64,000 nt of DNA from Candidatus Hydrogenedentota bacterium (GTDB lineage: Bacteria > Hydrogenedentota > Hydrogenedentia > Hydrogenedentales > SLHB01): NCBI GenBank assembly GCA_963674865.2, contig CAXXYE010000003.1, forward strand, positions 96,001 through 160,000, written 5' to 3'. Every line of letters begins with the position of its first letter. Position 1 is the stretch's first letter. Of the stretch, positions 1 through 9,893 are shown piece by piece. The notes below the pieces were generated by a model, which worked only from the letters and a program-made list of their open reading frames with translations, was not told where the DNA came from and ran no database searches. The translations under genes were made by a program, and so were the position numbers.

Positions 1-281
1 TTCTCGCCGTCATACAGCACGTTCGCGTAGAGGTTGTCGAACCGCACCTCCCATGGCTTGTCCTCGACGAAGAGGGGATTGGCAGGCTCCTTCTCGACGC
101 GTCCCAGCGCGAGCTTCACATTCTCACTCGACGCGACCACGCGCGAATCAAGCAGCAGGTACTTGGCGCTGAGGGATGGATCGGCATGCATAGACTCTTC
201 TCCAGTCTGAGCAGGGACGGCCATGGATAGAGAACTAAGCAATACCACGGCGCCCACGCTCAAGCAAGTGCAGTTTCTCAT
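1..281 (-). CDS. 5' part of a secreted beta-propeller glycoside-hydrolase-like protein (runs off the left edge)
   Basis: Not in the ORF track. Manual translation from ATG at 281 gives MRNCTCLSVGAVVLLSSLSMAVPAQTGEESMHADPSLSAKYLLLDSRVV...NPLFVEDKPWEVRFDNLYANVLYDGE, open to the window edge, with a signal-peptide-like N-terminus and AAAGG upstream. The P..PW....Y..V.YD pattern resembles the protein at 31846-33378. Confidence 0.7.
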   Translation of the reverse strand, partial: MRNCTCLSVGAVVLLSSLSMAVPAQTGEESMHADPSLSAKYLLLDSRVVASSENVKLALGRVEKEPANPLFVEDKPWEVRFDNLYANVLYDGE

Positions 282-451
282 AATTTGCCTTTCTTGCAGG
301 CCGAGCGCTTCCTTCCCGCTATCCTCACGCGCAGCGACTCGGATGGGCTCACGCGAGCCGACTTCCGCCTCAAGCGTGGCCCAACGATGTCCTGATGTTC
401 TGACTCATAATTGACGTTGCTTATCCGCAGATGAAAAAGCGCCAAAAATGA

Positions 452-513
452 GCGAAAAACCGGGACTGACACAAGCGAAGCGAAGCGAAGACGTGTCTGT
501 CCCTGCTTTTCGC
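452..513. repeat. Long imperfect palindrome (REP-like element or stem-loop) with tandem GCGAA units in the loop
   Basis: GGGACTGACAC (462-472) pairs with GTGTCTGTCCC (493-503) with one mismatch; outer arms GCGAAAAAC/GCTTTTCGC extend the stem; the loop contains (GCGAA)x3. Confidence 0.55.
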
Positions 514-561
514 GCTGCTTTTCGCGGCAAGAATAAGACGCCATCAGCGTGAGTCACACCA

Positions 562-2193
562 CTAATAGCCAATGGCGCACCCGTCCTTGCGCGGATCCGA
601 ACCGGCAAAGTAGCGGCGCGGATTCTCCTCTCGCCAGATTCCCTGATAGCCGCCGAACGCACTCAAGCGCGAGCCCATCCGGTGGCCGCGCTCTTCCAGG
701 CCTCGGCGCGTGGCTTCGGGGATGTGCCGTTCGAGTCCCACGGTACCTCCTCCCGTCATTCTCTCGCCTGTCGGGGTGGAACTCCCGGAATGCGCGACGC
801 GCGGCTGATCGCCCGCCTGCTGGGGCGACATGCCGAAGTCCAGCATGTTCATCAAGACTTGGCTCTGACCTTGAGGCTGAAAGTCTCCCCCCATCACGCC
901 GAAGGCGAACACCGGCCGGCCCCCTCTTGTAACGAATGCCGGGATAATTGTGTGAAAGGGCCGCTTATGGGGCGCCAACGCGTTCGGGTGCTCCGCATCC
1001 AGTGCGAACGACATGCCCCGGTTCTGCATCGAGAAGCCCAGGCCGTCAGGAGCAAGGTGCGAGCCCCAGGCATGGTAGGTGCTCTGAATGAGAGACACCA
1101 TGTTGCCTTCCTTGTCTGCGGCGGCCAGGTAGATCGTGTCCGATTCGGCCCTGATTCCGGCCTCGACCTGCTCCGATGCATGCTTGGGATCGATCAACTT
1201 AGCCCGTTCCCTGGCGTAGTCTTTCGAGATGAGCCATCCCACGGGCACCTCAGCGCACGCCATGTCCGCGCAGTACCGTGCCCGGTCTTCGAAGGCCAGT
1301 TTCTTCGCCTCGACGAAAAGGTGGAGGTGCTCGGCCGAGTTAGGCGCCAGCGTTCCGATGTCGAAGTGCTCCAGAATGTTCAGGATCTGGAGTGTTGAGA
1401 TGCCCTGCCCACTGGGAGGCATCTCCCACACGTCGAACTCGCGGTAGCTTGCACTGACCGGCTCCACCCACTCGGCCTGGTGCTCGCGAAAGTCACGCAT
1501 GCTGAAGTGCCCTCCGCCGGCCTCGGAAAGAGCCACGATGCATTCGGCGATTTCTCCCTCGTAGAAGGCGGAGAGGCCGTCGCGAGCCAGAAGCTCAAGT
1601 GAATACGCCAGGCTCTCATTAGTTATCACATCGCCGAAGTGCGGGGCGCGGCCGTTGGACAGGAACGCCTTGGCCAGTGATGGAAAACGACGCGCGTCAA
1701 AGCCCCAGCCCGCGGCGATGACAGGCGATACTGGAAAGCCTTTCCGTGCGCATTCGATGACGGGCGCGAGCAGCGTCTTGACGGAACACCGCGCAAAGCG
1801 CTCATGCAGCGCGGCCCAGCCGCTCACACATCCCGGCACCGTCCAGGAAAGCGCACTGTGCGGGGGGATAGCATCGACGCCAAGTCGCCCGGCTGAGGCT
1901 AAGCTCCAGTCGTACGGCGACCGCCCGCTCGCGTTGAGGCCATGCAGCTTCTGGCCCTTTTCATCCCAGATGATCGCGAACAGATCGCCGCCGAGTCCGC
2001 AACTCATGGGCTCCACGAGTCCGAGCATGGCGTTCGCGGCAATGGCCGCGTCTACCGCGCTCCCGCCGGCCTTGAGCGCGTCCACACCGGCTATACTTGC
2101 CAAGGGCTGACTCGTGCAGACGACGCCGTTCCGGCAGACGACGGTAGAACGGTTCTGATTGCGGCCGGCCAGCATGTTCTCATCGATGAGCAT
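562..2193 (-). CDS. ggt: Gamma-glutamyltransferase (Ntn hydrolase)
   Basis: GGSAVDAAIAA, GLGGDLF, SDTIYLAAADKEGNMVSLIQS (nucleophile Thr), KRPFHTIIP, GVMGG, SDPRKDG. Start placed at ATG 2193 because GAGGG lies upstream; the ORF track extends to 2265. Confidence 0.93.
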   Translation of the reverse strand: MLIDENMLAGRNQNRSTVVCRNGVVCTSQPLASIAGVDALKAGGSAVDAAIAANAMLGLVEPMSCGLGGDLFAIIWDEKGQKLHGLNASGRSPYDWSLASAGRLGVDAIPPHSALSWTVPGCVSGWAALHERFARCSVKTLLAPVIECARKGFPVSPVIAAGWGFDARRFPSLAKAFLSNGRAPHFGDVITNESLAYSLELLARDGLSAFYEGEIAECIVALSEAGGGHFSMRDFREHQAEWVEPVSASYREFDVWEMPPSGQGISTLQILNILEHFDIGTLAPNSAEHLHLFVEAKKLAFEDRARYCADMACAEVPVGWLISKDYARERAKLIDPKHASEQVEAGIRAESDTIYLAAADKEGNMVSLIQSTYHAWGSHLAPDGLGFSMQNRGMSFALDAEHPNALAPHKRPFHTIIPAFVTRGGRPVFAFGVMGGDFQPQGQSQVLMNMLDFGMSPQQAGDQPRVAHSGSSTPTGERMTGGGTVGLERHIPEATRRGLEERGHRMGSRLSAFGGYQGIWREENPRRYFAGSDPRKDGCAIGY

Positions 2194-2506
2194 GGGACTG
2201 CCCTCTTTGCCTGACGGCGTCTGCCTCGGCTTCAGCGAGTCGTCATCCTGTCTCATTGTACTCAATGTGCCCTCGCGCGATCCCTGCCCTTGTGCGGCCC
2301 CTATGGAATGGCCTGTTCAACGGAGGCGGGAGGGCTATGCCAGCGCGTAAAGGGGTGCTATCGCGCGGAGAACCTTGGCCTGCCTGCATCCGCCCGTGCT
2401 TCGCGCAAGCATTGCTGGTGTATACTAAATCGCAGTTGTGGTCGCGCTTTCCTCGCGAGAGATCCGCGCGAGGTGAGAAGTCCGCCAGGCTAAGGGAGGC
2501 TCCCGT

Positions 2507-5500
2507 ATGCCCGCTCCTAAGAAGCCCACGAATGCCGCACGACGCAGCCGTCCACGGGGCGCATCGCCCGCCAAGCCGCCCCGAGGGAAGCCGGCGGACG
2601 CGCGCGCAAGGGAGAAGCGCCCTGCCAGGCGCACTGCCGGCGGCAGTAGTCCCGCCTCGGCTCACGAAGACAGCCGGCGCCTTGAAACCTTGCTCGCCAA
2701 CCTTCCGGGGATGGCCTTTCGGCGTCTCAACGAGCCGCGCTGGCCCATGGAGTTTGTGAGCGAGGGATGTTTCGCTCTGACAGGCTACAAACCGAAGGGC
2801 CTTTGCGGCAAACGCGCGCCCCAGTTCGGCGATCTGATCCATCCAAACGATCGCCAAATGGTTTGGGACAAGGTGCAGAAGGCCATCAACGCCGGGCAGC
2901 CCTATCAGGTCGAGTACCGGATACGGACGCGTCAAGGCAAGGAGAAGTGGGCCTGGGAACAGGGAAAGCAGGTGGAGGTCTCAGACGAGGGCGTTGCCGT
3001 CCTGGAGGGTTTCATTACCGACGTGACGGAGCGGAAGTGGGCCGAGGAGCGGCTCCGCCGGAGTGAGGAGAGGTTCAGGGTCATTGCCGAAAACAGCACC
3101 GAAGACATCTGGCAGCTCGATACGGAAGGCAACGTCACCTACGTGTCCCCGGCGGTAGAAGGGCTCTTCGGCTATTCGCGTGATGAGGCCACACAAATGG
3201 CCTTCGCCGACTTCATTGCTCACCATGCACGGGCGGCGGCGACAGAAGTGTTCGAGGCGGCGCTCTCCGGCGTAATGCATCAGTTGGTGGAGATTACGGG
3301 CCGGTGCAAAGACGGTTCGGAATTCCCGCTCGAGGTCAGCGTTACGCCGGTGGCGGAGCACGGGCAAGTGGTAGGTGTTCAGGGCATTGCGAGGGACATC
3401 ACGCGCCGCAAGGAGGCCGAGAGTGCGGAGCTCGCCGCGCGCCGCATGTGGCAGAAGACCTTCCAGGCTATGGCCGATGGCATCTGCGTCATCGATGCCG
3501 ATGGAACGATTCTGCAATGCAATGAATCCATGGCCGCCTTCGTAGGAAAACCACCCGAGGAGGTCGTTGGTAAGAAATGTTGGGAGGCGGTTCACGGGAC
3601 GTCCGAGCCTGTCGATGAGTGTCCTTTCCCGCGCATGCGACGGACGCTCAAACGGGAGTCGGTTACGCTGCAAATGGGCGGCCGCTGGATTCAGGTATGC
3701 GTTGAGCCCATGCTCGACGAGAATGGCGCTCTCGCGAGGGCCGTTCACATTATTACCGACGTTACGGAGCGGAAGCTTGCCGACGACGCGCTGCGGCGCT
3801 CGGAAAGCATGTACAAAGACGTTGTCGAGAGTGCGACGGATCTTGTTTTCACGATGGACTTGCAGGGCGACTGCCTGTTCGCCAACCGCGCGATTGCCGC
3901 CCTCTCAGGCTATTCGCCGGAGGAGCTTCAGGACCTCAACTACCTCGACCTCGTCGTGCCCTGGCAGCGGAAACGGGTGCAACGCCATTACATGCGGCAG
4001 TACCTGAGAAGGGAACTCACAAGCCATATCGAGTACGCTTTCCAGACGAAAGGGGGGCAGATCGTGTGGTTATCCCAGAACGCCACCCTCCTGGTCGAGG
4101 GAGAGCAGATAAAAGGCTTTCATCTCATAGCCCACGATATCACTGAACGCCGCCGGGCTGAAGAAGAGTTGCGACTCCACAGCGCCATCGCGGATCAAGT
4201 TTGGAACTCGATTGTCGCCACGGACACGGACTTCAAGATCACCTATCTGAACAGGGCGGCGGAGGAGCTTTTCGGCTACAGTCTGGAAGAGATTGCTGGC
4301 CAGAGTCCCGGCCTGTTTAACGCCGAGGAACAGGCTCAGGAGATACAAAATGAGATCTACGAGACACTGGCGGCGGGGAGGCGGTACGAGGGCGAGTGTC
4401 TAAACAAGCGCAAAGACGGCAGCACCTTCTTGTGCAACTTCCGGCTCTCACCTGTCAAAGACGCCGAGGGGGAGGTGGTCGGCTATATCGGCGTGCAGCG
4501 TGACGTCACTGCTCAGAAAAGCACGGAGCAGGCGCTTCGCGAGAGCGAGGAGCGCTACCGAGCACTGGTTGATTCATCCAACGACCACATCTTCATGCTC
4601 GATCTTGAGGGCGTGTACATCACCAGCAACGGCCGTGTCGAGGGATTCAAGCCTGGAAAGGGCGAAACCGTCGTTGGACAGCGTATTGAAGGTGTACATC
4701 CCCCCGAGGCGGCGGAAATCTATCGCGAGCAGTTTCAGCACGTCCTTGCCACCGGGGAGAGCGTCACGTTCGAGCACGCCATGCCCGGGCCGGACGGCGA
4801 GCACATCCATGTCGATACTCTCTACCCTATCCGCCGCGACGGCGTGCTCTGGGCCGTTGGTGGATTATGCAGAGATGTCACGGCGCGCAGACGCACCGAG
4901 AAGGAGCTCGAGGATCGCCACGCCGAACTCGAGCAGATCTTCGCCGCCATACCCGCGTCGATCATCTTTGCGGACACGGAGCGGCGAGTTCTAAAGATCA
5001 ACCGGGGATTCACCCGCATATTCGGCTACGAACCGGGCGAGGCCGTGGGGAAGACAGCCCGGATGCTCTACACGAACGACGACGATTATGAACGCGCAGG
5101 GGCTCTCCACTTCAATGCTCTCTTGAGGGATGTCTACGAAGGCGACGAGGTTACTTATCGAAGAAAGAGCGGCGAATTATTTGTCGGTGAGACGGTGGGT
5201 ACGCCCGTCCGCGACGCTGCCGGCAACGCCCTGGGCTTCATCGGCATCGTGCAGGACATCACGGAGAGAAAGAGAACGGAGCAGGCGCTGCGCGATAGTG
5301 AAGCGCTCTTGCGAGAAGTGATTGACACGGTCCCAACCTGCATCTTCGTGAAGGATGAAGGTGGCAGATACTTGCTCGCAAACCGCATCACCGCTGAACT
5401 CTATGGAACCACGCCCGACAGGATGGTGGGCCGGACGGATCTGGATTTCGCGGTCGATTTGCACTTGACAGAGGAAGAAGCCCATGCGTTTTCGTCCGCC

Positions 5501-8500
5501 GATCACGAGGTCATAGCGCGTCAGGAGGCCCGGTTTGTTCCTGAAGAGCCATACACGCGGAGCGACGGGGAGATCCGCTGGTTTCAAACCAGCAAAGTGC
5601 CGCTCACGTACCAGGGGCGGCGCTGCGTGCTCGGCGTGGCCTCGGACATCACCGCCCACAAGCTCGTCGCCGAAAGGCTGCGCGAAAGCGAGAGTCGCTA
5701 TCGCCTAGTAGCGGAGAATGTGTCCGACGTAATCTGGACGATGGATCTCGAACTGCAGCGAACCTACGTGAGTCCGTCCACCACCCAGCTTCGAGGATTC
5801 AGTGTTGAAGAGGTAATGAGTCAGTCCTTGTCCGATACGCTCACCCCGGAATCCTTCGAGAGGATCCGCCCGGTAATCGAGGAGGAGCTGGCGCTGGAGC
5901 AGCAAGGGACGGCCGATCCGAACCGTTCCAGGACGCTTGAACTCCAGGTGACGCACAAGAACGGAGGCGCTGTTTGGACAGAGACAACGGTGAGCTTTTT
6001 TCGAAACGAACAGGGGAAGGCCATGGGCTTCATCGGCCTAACACGGGACATCACCGAGCGGAGGCAGGCGGAGAAGACGCTGCGGAGGTACCAAGTCGCT
6101 GTGGAGAGTGCTACGGAGATGATCGCGGCCTGCGACAAGGAATACCGGTACACCATGGCCAACAGGGCCTACCTCGACTATCACGGGGCTTCGGCCGACG
6201 AGGTAATCGGCGGAAGTGTCAGAGATGTCCTTGGCGAAGCCTACTTCGAGGACATGGTTCGGCCGCTGCTCGACAAATGCCTTTCCGGAGCCCGTCTCAC
6301 CGTCGAAACGGAGCGCGAGTTTCCCGGCAGAGGAAGCCGCATCATCAGCATGAGCCTCTCGCCCGTGCAGACGCCAGACGGCGAGATTGTGGGCGTCATG
6401 GCCGACATTCGCGATGTCACCGAGCGCCGCCAGACGGAGGAAGCGCTTCGGAAGCGTGAGCAACTTCTCAACGATATGGGGCGCATGGCGGAGATAGGCG
6501 GCTGGGAGCATGATCTCCGGACAGGCGAGGCCGTGTGGACGCCGGCCCTTTACGAGATTGTGGAAATCGATCCGGGCACGCGCCCGCCGGGCGTCAACGA
6601 GCACCTCGATTACTACGAGCCCGAGTCCCGGCGTGCTCTCGAGGAGGCCTACAACCGCACCATCGAGACGGGCGAGCCCTTTGACCTCGATCTGCAGGGC
6701 CGCACTGCGAAGGGCAGGTCGTGCTGGTGGCGGGCATTTGGTGAGCCGGTTTGCGACGGTGATGAATGCGTGGGCCTCCGCGGCGCCTTTCAGGACATTA
6801 CGGACCGCAAGCTGGCGGAAGAAGCGTTGCGCCAAAGTGAATTGCGGTTGCGCGAAGCGGTAAGGGGGGGCAACATCGGCCTGTGGGATTGGGACCTCGA
6901 TAAGAACGAAGTCTGGTACTCGCCGGAGTGGAAGCGACAGATCGGGTATGAAGACCACGAGCTCTCGAGTGCCTTCGACGAATGGCAATCACGGGTTCAT
7001 CCCGACGACCTTGAAGGGAACTTGCAGTCTGTTAACGCCTTCCTGGAAGCGCCCTGGCCCGATTACCGCGTCGAGTTCCGGTTTCGCCATAAGGACGGCT
7101 CCTACCGCTGGATCCTGGCGCTGGCCTCGCTCCTGCGGGACGAAGAAGGCAAGCCCACGCGCATGCTGGGTTCGCACGTGGACATCACGGAACGCAAGCA
7201 GAATGAGGAGTTCTTGCGCCAACGTGAAGCGCTGTTGCGCCAGGTGGAATCCCTCTCAAAAGTCGGCGGATGGGAGTACAACGCCGTGTCCGGACAGGTT
7301 ACTTGGACCGGGGAAACATACCGGATTCACGACATCCCCGTTGACCCGAACATTGAACACATCAGACGTAGTCTTTCTTGTTTTCATCCCGAAGATAGGC
7401 CGAAAGTGGAACAGGCTTTTGAAAAATCACTTGCTGAGGCGGAGCCCTATGACCTGGCAGTTCGATTCACTTCCGAGAAGGGCCGCCCCTTATGGGTGCG
7501 TACTGTGGGGCGACCCGTCTTGGACAAGGGAAAGGTGGTCCGTGTGGTGGGGAGCTTCGTTGATATTACCGCGCAGCGAGAGGCTGAGAAAGCGTTGCGT
7601 GCGAGCGAGGCGCGCTACCGCGAGTTGTTCAATAACATGAGCAGCGGTGTTGCCGTGTACGAGGCCTCGGGCAATGGGAACGACTTCGTGTTCCGCGATA
7701 TCAACAGCGCAGGCCAGCGCATAAGCCGGGTTGCCAAAGAGGATGTTATCGGCAAGGAACTGCGAGAAATCTTTCCAGGAGTGGCGGAAATCGGCCTGTT
7801 GGACGCGTTCAAACGGGTTTGGGAGACGGGGGAACCCGAGCACCTGCCGCTCACGCTCTATCAGGATGAGCGCATCACCGAGTGGGTCGAGAACTACGTT
7901 TGTAAGCTGCTTTCCGGGGAGATTGTTGCGATTTACGATGACGTGACGGAGCGTGAGCTGGCCGCCAGGAAGTTGCGTGAGCACGCTGAGTTCGTCGAGA
8001 CCCTCCTCGACACCATCCCCAGTCCCGTGTTCTACAAAGATGCGGAAGGCATCTATATGGGGTGCAACAAGGCCTTTGAGGAGTTTTTCGGGAGGTCACG
8101 GGACGAAATCGTCGGGAAGGGCGTCTACGCCATAAGCCCGGAAGATGTTGCACGGAAGTATGCGGAAAAAGACGACGAACTCTTCCGGCATCCCGGCAGA
8201 CAGATCTATGATTGGCGAGTCGCGCGAAAGAATGGGGAGATACGGGATGTCGTCTTTTACAAGGGCACGTTTGAGGACGCTCAAGGGGCTGTGGCGGGCA
8301 TCATCGGAGTGGTCCTCGATACTACCGAGCGGGCTCAGGCCGAGCGCAGGCTGCGAGAGGCCCATGATCGGCTGGCGGCGTTGTCCGGGCGGCTTGTCGA
8401 GATTCAAGAGATCGAACGCCGGCGTATCGCGCGGGAGCTTCATGACGAGATCGGACAGGCGCTGACGGGCGTGAAGCTGATGCTGAACACCATTCCAGTG

Positions 8501-9052
8501 GGGCTGTCTAGAAAGGCGGGGCGCTCCATCGCCGAAGCGCAAGACCTGGTGGATGACCTGATGAAGCGTGTCCGGGAGCTTTCACTCGAACTGCGCCCTC
8601 AGATGCTAGACGACTTGGGCCTGTTGCCCGCGCTGCTGTGGCATATTGAGCGCTTCACGGCCCAGACGAATATCGCGGTTGATTTCTCTCATGCCGGCTT
8701 GAGCGGGAGGTTCGCGCCGAATATCGAGACGGCCGCCTACCGGATAGTGCAAGAGGCCCTTACCAATGTGGCCCGCCACGCGGGTGTCGGGAGTGTCTAC
8801 GTCCGCGTGGCGGTGGATGGGGAGCGCCTGGTTGTGAGTGTTGCCGATGAGGGGAAAGGATTTGACGTTGAGGCCGTTGACGCAGAGTCGCAGACGTGCG
8901 GCTTGGCGGGCATGCGGGAGCGCGCCGAAGCGCTGGCCGGCCATCTCTTGCTTCGGACGGCTCCGGAACAAGGCACTTTCTTGACAGTCGCGCTGCCCTT
9001 GAGCCAGGATGGCGCCGGCAGCCATGAGCGCAACGAGAATCATACTTGCTGA
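2507..9052 (+). CDS. Giant cytoplasmic sensor histidine kinase: ~15 tandem PAS/PAC domains + HisKA_3 + HATPase
   Basis: 15 repeats ending in D(I/V/T)Tx(R/Q/H); H-box ERRRIARELHDEIGQAL, N-box EALTNVARHA, DEGKGFD, GLAGMRERA; no transmembrane helix seen; RBS GGGAGG before ATG 2507. Confidence 0.93.
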   Translation: MPAPKKPTNAARRSRPRGASPAKPPRGKPADARAREKRPARRTAGGSSPASAHEDSRRLETLLANLPGMAFRRLNEPRWPMEFVSEGCFALTGYKPKGLCGKRAPQFGDLIHPNDRQMVWDKVQKAINAGQPYQVEYRIRTRQGKEKWAWEQGKQVEVSDEGVAVLEGFITDVTERKWAEERLRRSEERFRVIAENSTEDIWQLDTEGNVTYVSPAVEGLFGYSRDEATQMAFADFIAHHARAAATEVFEAALSGVMHQLVEITGRCKDGSEFPLEVSVTPVAEHGQVVGVQGIARDITRRKEAESAELAARRMWQKTFQAMADGICVIDADGTILQCNESMAAFVGKPPEEVVGKKCWEAVHGTSEPVDECPFPRMRRTLKRESVTLQMGGRWIQVCVEPMLDENGALARAVHIITDVTERKLADDALRRSESMYKDVVESATDLVFTMDLQGDCLFANRAIAALSGYSPEELQDLNYLDLVVPWQRKRVQRHYMRQYLRRELTSHIEYAFQTKGGQIVWLSQNATLLVEGEQIKGFHLIAHDITERRRAEEELRLHSAIADQVWNSIVATDTDFKITYLNRAAEELFGYSLEEIAGQSPGLFNAEEQAQEIQNEIYETLAAGRRYEGECLNKRKDGSTFLCNFRLSPVKDAEGEVVGYIGVQRDVTAQKSTEQALRESEERYRALVDSSNDHIFMLDLEGVYITSNGRVEGFKPGKGETVVGQRIEGVHPPEAAEIYREQFQHVLATGESVTFEHAMPGPDGEHIHVDTLYPIRRDGVLWAVGGLCRDVTARRRTEKELEDRHAELEQIFAAIPASIIFADTERRVLKINRGFTRIFGYEPGEAVGKTARMLYTNDDDYERAGALHFNALLRDVYEGDEVTYRRKSGELFVGETVGTPVRDAAGNALGFIGIVQDITERKRTEQALRDSEALLREVIDTVPTCIFVKDEGGRYLLANRITAELYGTTPDRMVGRTDLDFAVDLHLTEEEAHAFSSADHEVIARQEARFVPEEPYTRSDGEIRWFQTSKVPLTYQGRRCVLGVASDITAHKLVAERLRESESRYRLVAENVSDVIWTMDLELQRTYVSPSTTQLRGFSVEEVMSQSLSDTLTPESFERIRPVIEEELALEQQGTADPNRSRTLELQVTHKNGGAVWTETTVSFFRNEQGKAMGFIGLTRDITERRQAEKTLRRYQVAVESATEMIAACDKEYRYTMANRAYLDYHGASADEVIGGSVRDVLGEAYFEDMVRPLLDKCLSGARLTVETEREFPGRGSRIISMSLSPVQTPDGEIVGVMADIRDVTERRQTEEALRKREQLLNDMGRMAEIGGWEHDLRTGEAVWTPALYEIVEIDPGTRPPGVNEHLDYYEPESRRALEEAYNRTIETGEPFDLDLQGRTAKGRSCWWRAFGEPVCDGDECVGLRGAFQDITDRKLAEEALRQSELRLREAVRGGNIGLWDWDLDKNEVWYSPEWKRQIGYEDHELSSAFDEWQSRVHPDDLEGNLQSVNAFLEAPWPDYRVEFRFRHKDGSYRWILALASLLRDEEGKPTRMLGSHVDITERKQNEEFLRQREALLRQVESLSKVGGWEYNAVSGQVTWTGETYRIHDIPVDPNIEHIRRSLSCFHPEDRPKVEQAFEKSLAEAEPYDLAVRFTSEKGRPLWVRTVGRPVLDKGKVVRVVGSFVDITAQREAEKALRASEARYRELFNNMSSGVAVYEASGNGNDFVFRDINSAGQRISRVAKEDVIGKELREIFPGVAEIGLLDAFKRVWETGEPEHLPLTLYQDERITEWVENYVCKLLSGEIVAIYDDVTERELAARKLREHAEFVETLLDTIPSPVFYKDAEGIYMGCNKAFEEFFGRSRDEIVGKGVYAISPEDVARKYAEKDDELFRHPGRQIYDWRVARKNGEIRDVVFYKGTFEDAQGAVAGIIGVVLDTTERAQAERRLREAHDRLAALSGRLVEIQEIERRRIARELHDEIGQALTGVKLMLNTIPVGLSRKAGRSIAEAQDLVDDLMKRVRELSLELRPQMLDDLGLLPALLWHIERFTAQTNIAVDFSHAGLSGRFAPNIETAAYRIVQEALTNVARHAGVGSVYVRVAVDGERLVVSVADEGKGFDVEAVDAESQTCGLAGMRERAEALAGHLLLRTAPEQGTFLTVALPLSQDGAGSHERNENHTC

Positions 9053-9683
9053 TGACCATCCGGTGGTTCGCCGGGGACTGGCCGGCCTGCTGGCCGCTGA
9101 GCCGGGCATGGAGATCGTTGCGGAGGCCGTCGACGGGCCGGGCGTTCTCGTGGCGGTTCAGCGCGAACAGCCCGACATTCTGCTGCTTGACCTCATGATG
9201 CCGGGCCTCGGAGGTCTTGAAGTGCTCAGACGGGTTCGTGGACTCTCACCGGCCACGCGCGTCATTGTCTTCTCCATGCACAGCGTGGAGGCTTACGTCC
9301 TTGAGGCCTTTCGTGGGGGGGCCATGGGCTATGTCCTCAAGGATGCCGCCGGCACCGACCTGGTGAAGGCTATTCATGAGGTGCAGGCGGGCCGTCGCTA
9401 TCTAAGCCCGCCTCTATCTGAGCGCGCCATTGCCGCCCTCATGGAGAAGGAAAGCGACACCGAAGCGGGGACGTACGACATACTCACTCCCAGGGAGCGC
9501 GAGGTGCTGCACTTGGCAGCCGAGGGGTGTTCCAGTCATGCCATTGCCGAGCGTCTCTTCATCAGCCCACGCACCGCGGAGACGCACCGAACCAACCTGA
9601 TGCGCAAGCTCGGGCTTCACAGTCAAGGCGACCTGGTTCGCTATGCCCTAGAGCGGGGGTTTTTTCCACCTTCCTCCCCGTGA
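9024..9683 (+). CDS. NarL/FixJ-family response regulator (REC + LuxR-type HTH)
   Basis: IILADDH, LLDLMMP, GYVLKD, LTPREREVL...IAERLFISPRTAETHRTNLMRKLGL. Overlaps the kinase 3' end. Alternative start at 9009. Confidence 0.93.
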   Translation: MSATRIILADDHPVVRRGLAGLLAAEPGMEIVAEAVDGPGVLVAVQREQPDILLLDLMMPGLGGLEVLRRVRGLSPATRVIVFSMHSVEAYVLEAFRGGAMGYVLKDAAGTDLVKAIHEVQAGRRYLSPPLSERAIAALMEKESDTEAGTYDILTPREREVLHLAAEGCSSHAIAERLFISPRTAETHRTNLMRKLGLHSQGDLVRYALERGFFPPSSP

Positions 9684-9893
9684 GCGCCACCTTCTTCGTT
9701 GCCTTCCAAGCCACCCTATCATATCCCTAAGTTGCTGGGCGATAGTTGTTTGCGTGTTCTGCCCGCGCTTGTGGGGCGGCCCCCTTCCTCGCGATTTACG
9801 TAGGTTTCCGTATGGACAAAACAAGGTTCTTGGGGGAAACTTGGTACTGAGTGAGGGGGCCAATGCCGCCTCCGAGCAAGAGGGCTCACACAA

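Noticed and set aside
278..544. 88-aa ORF whose stop overlaps the ATG at 281
   Set aside because: It runs through the palindromic repeat and has no recognisable motif or clear RBS; probably spurious.
2243..2935. 230-aa minus-strand ORF upstream of ggt
   Set aside because: It overlaps the giant kinase antisense and spans the divergent promoter region.
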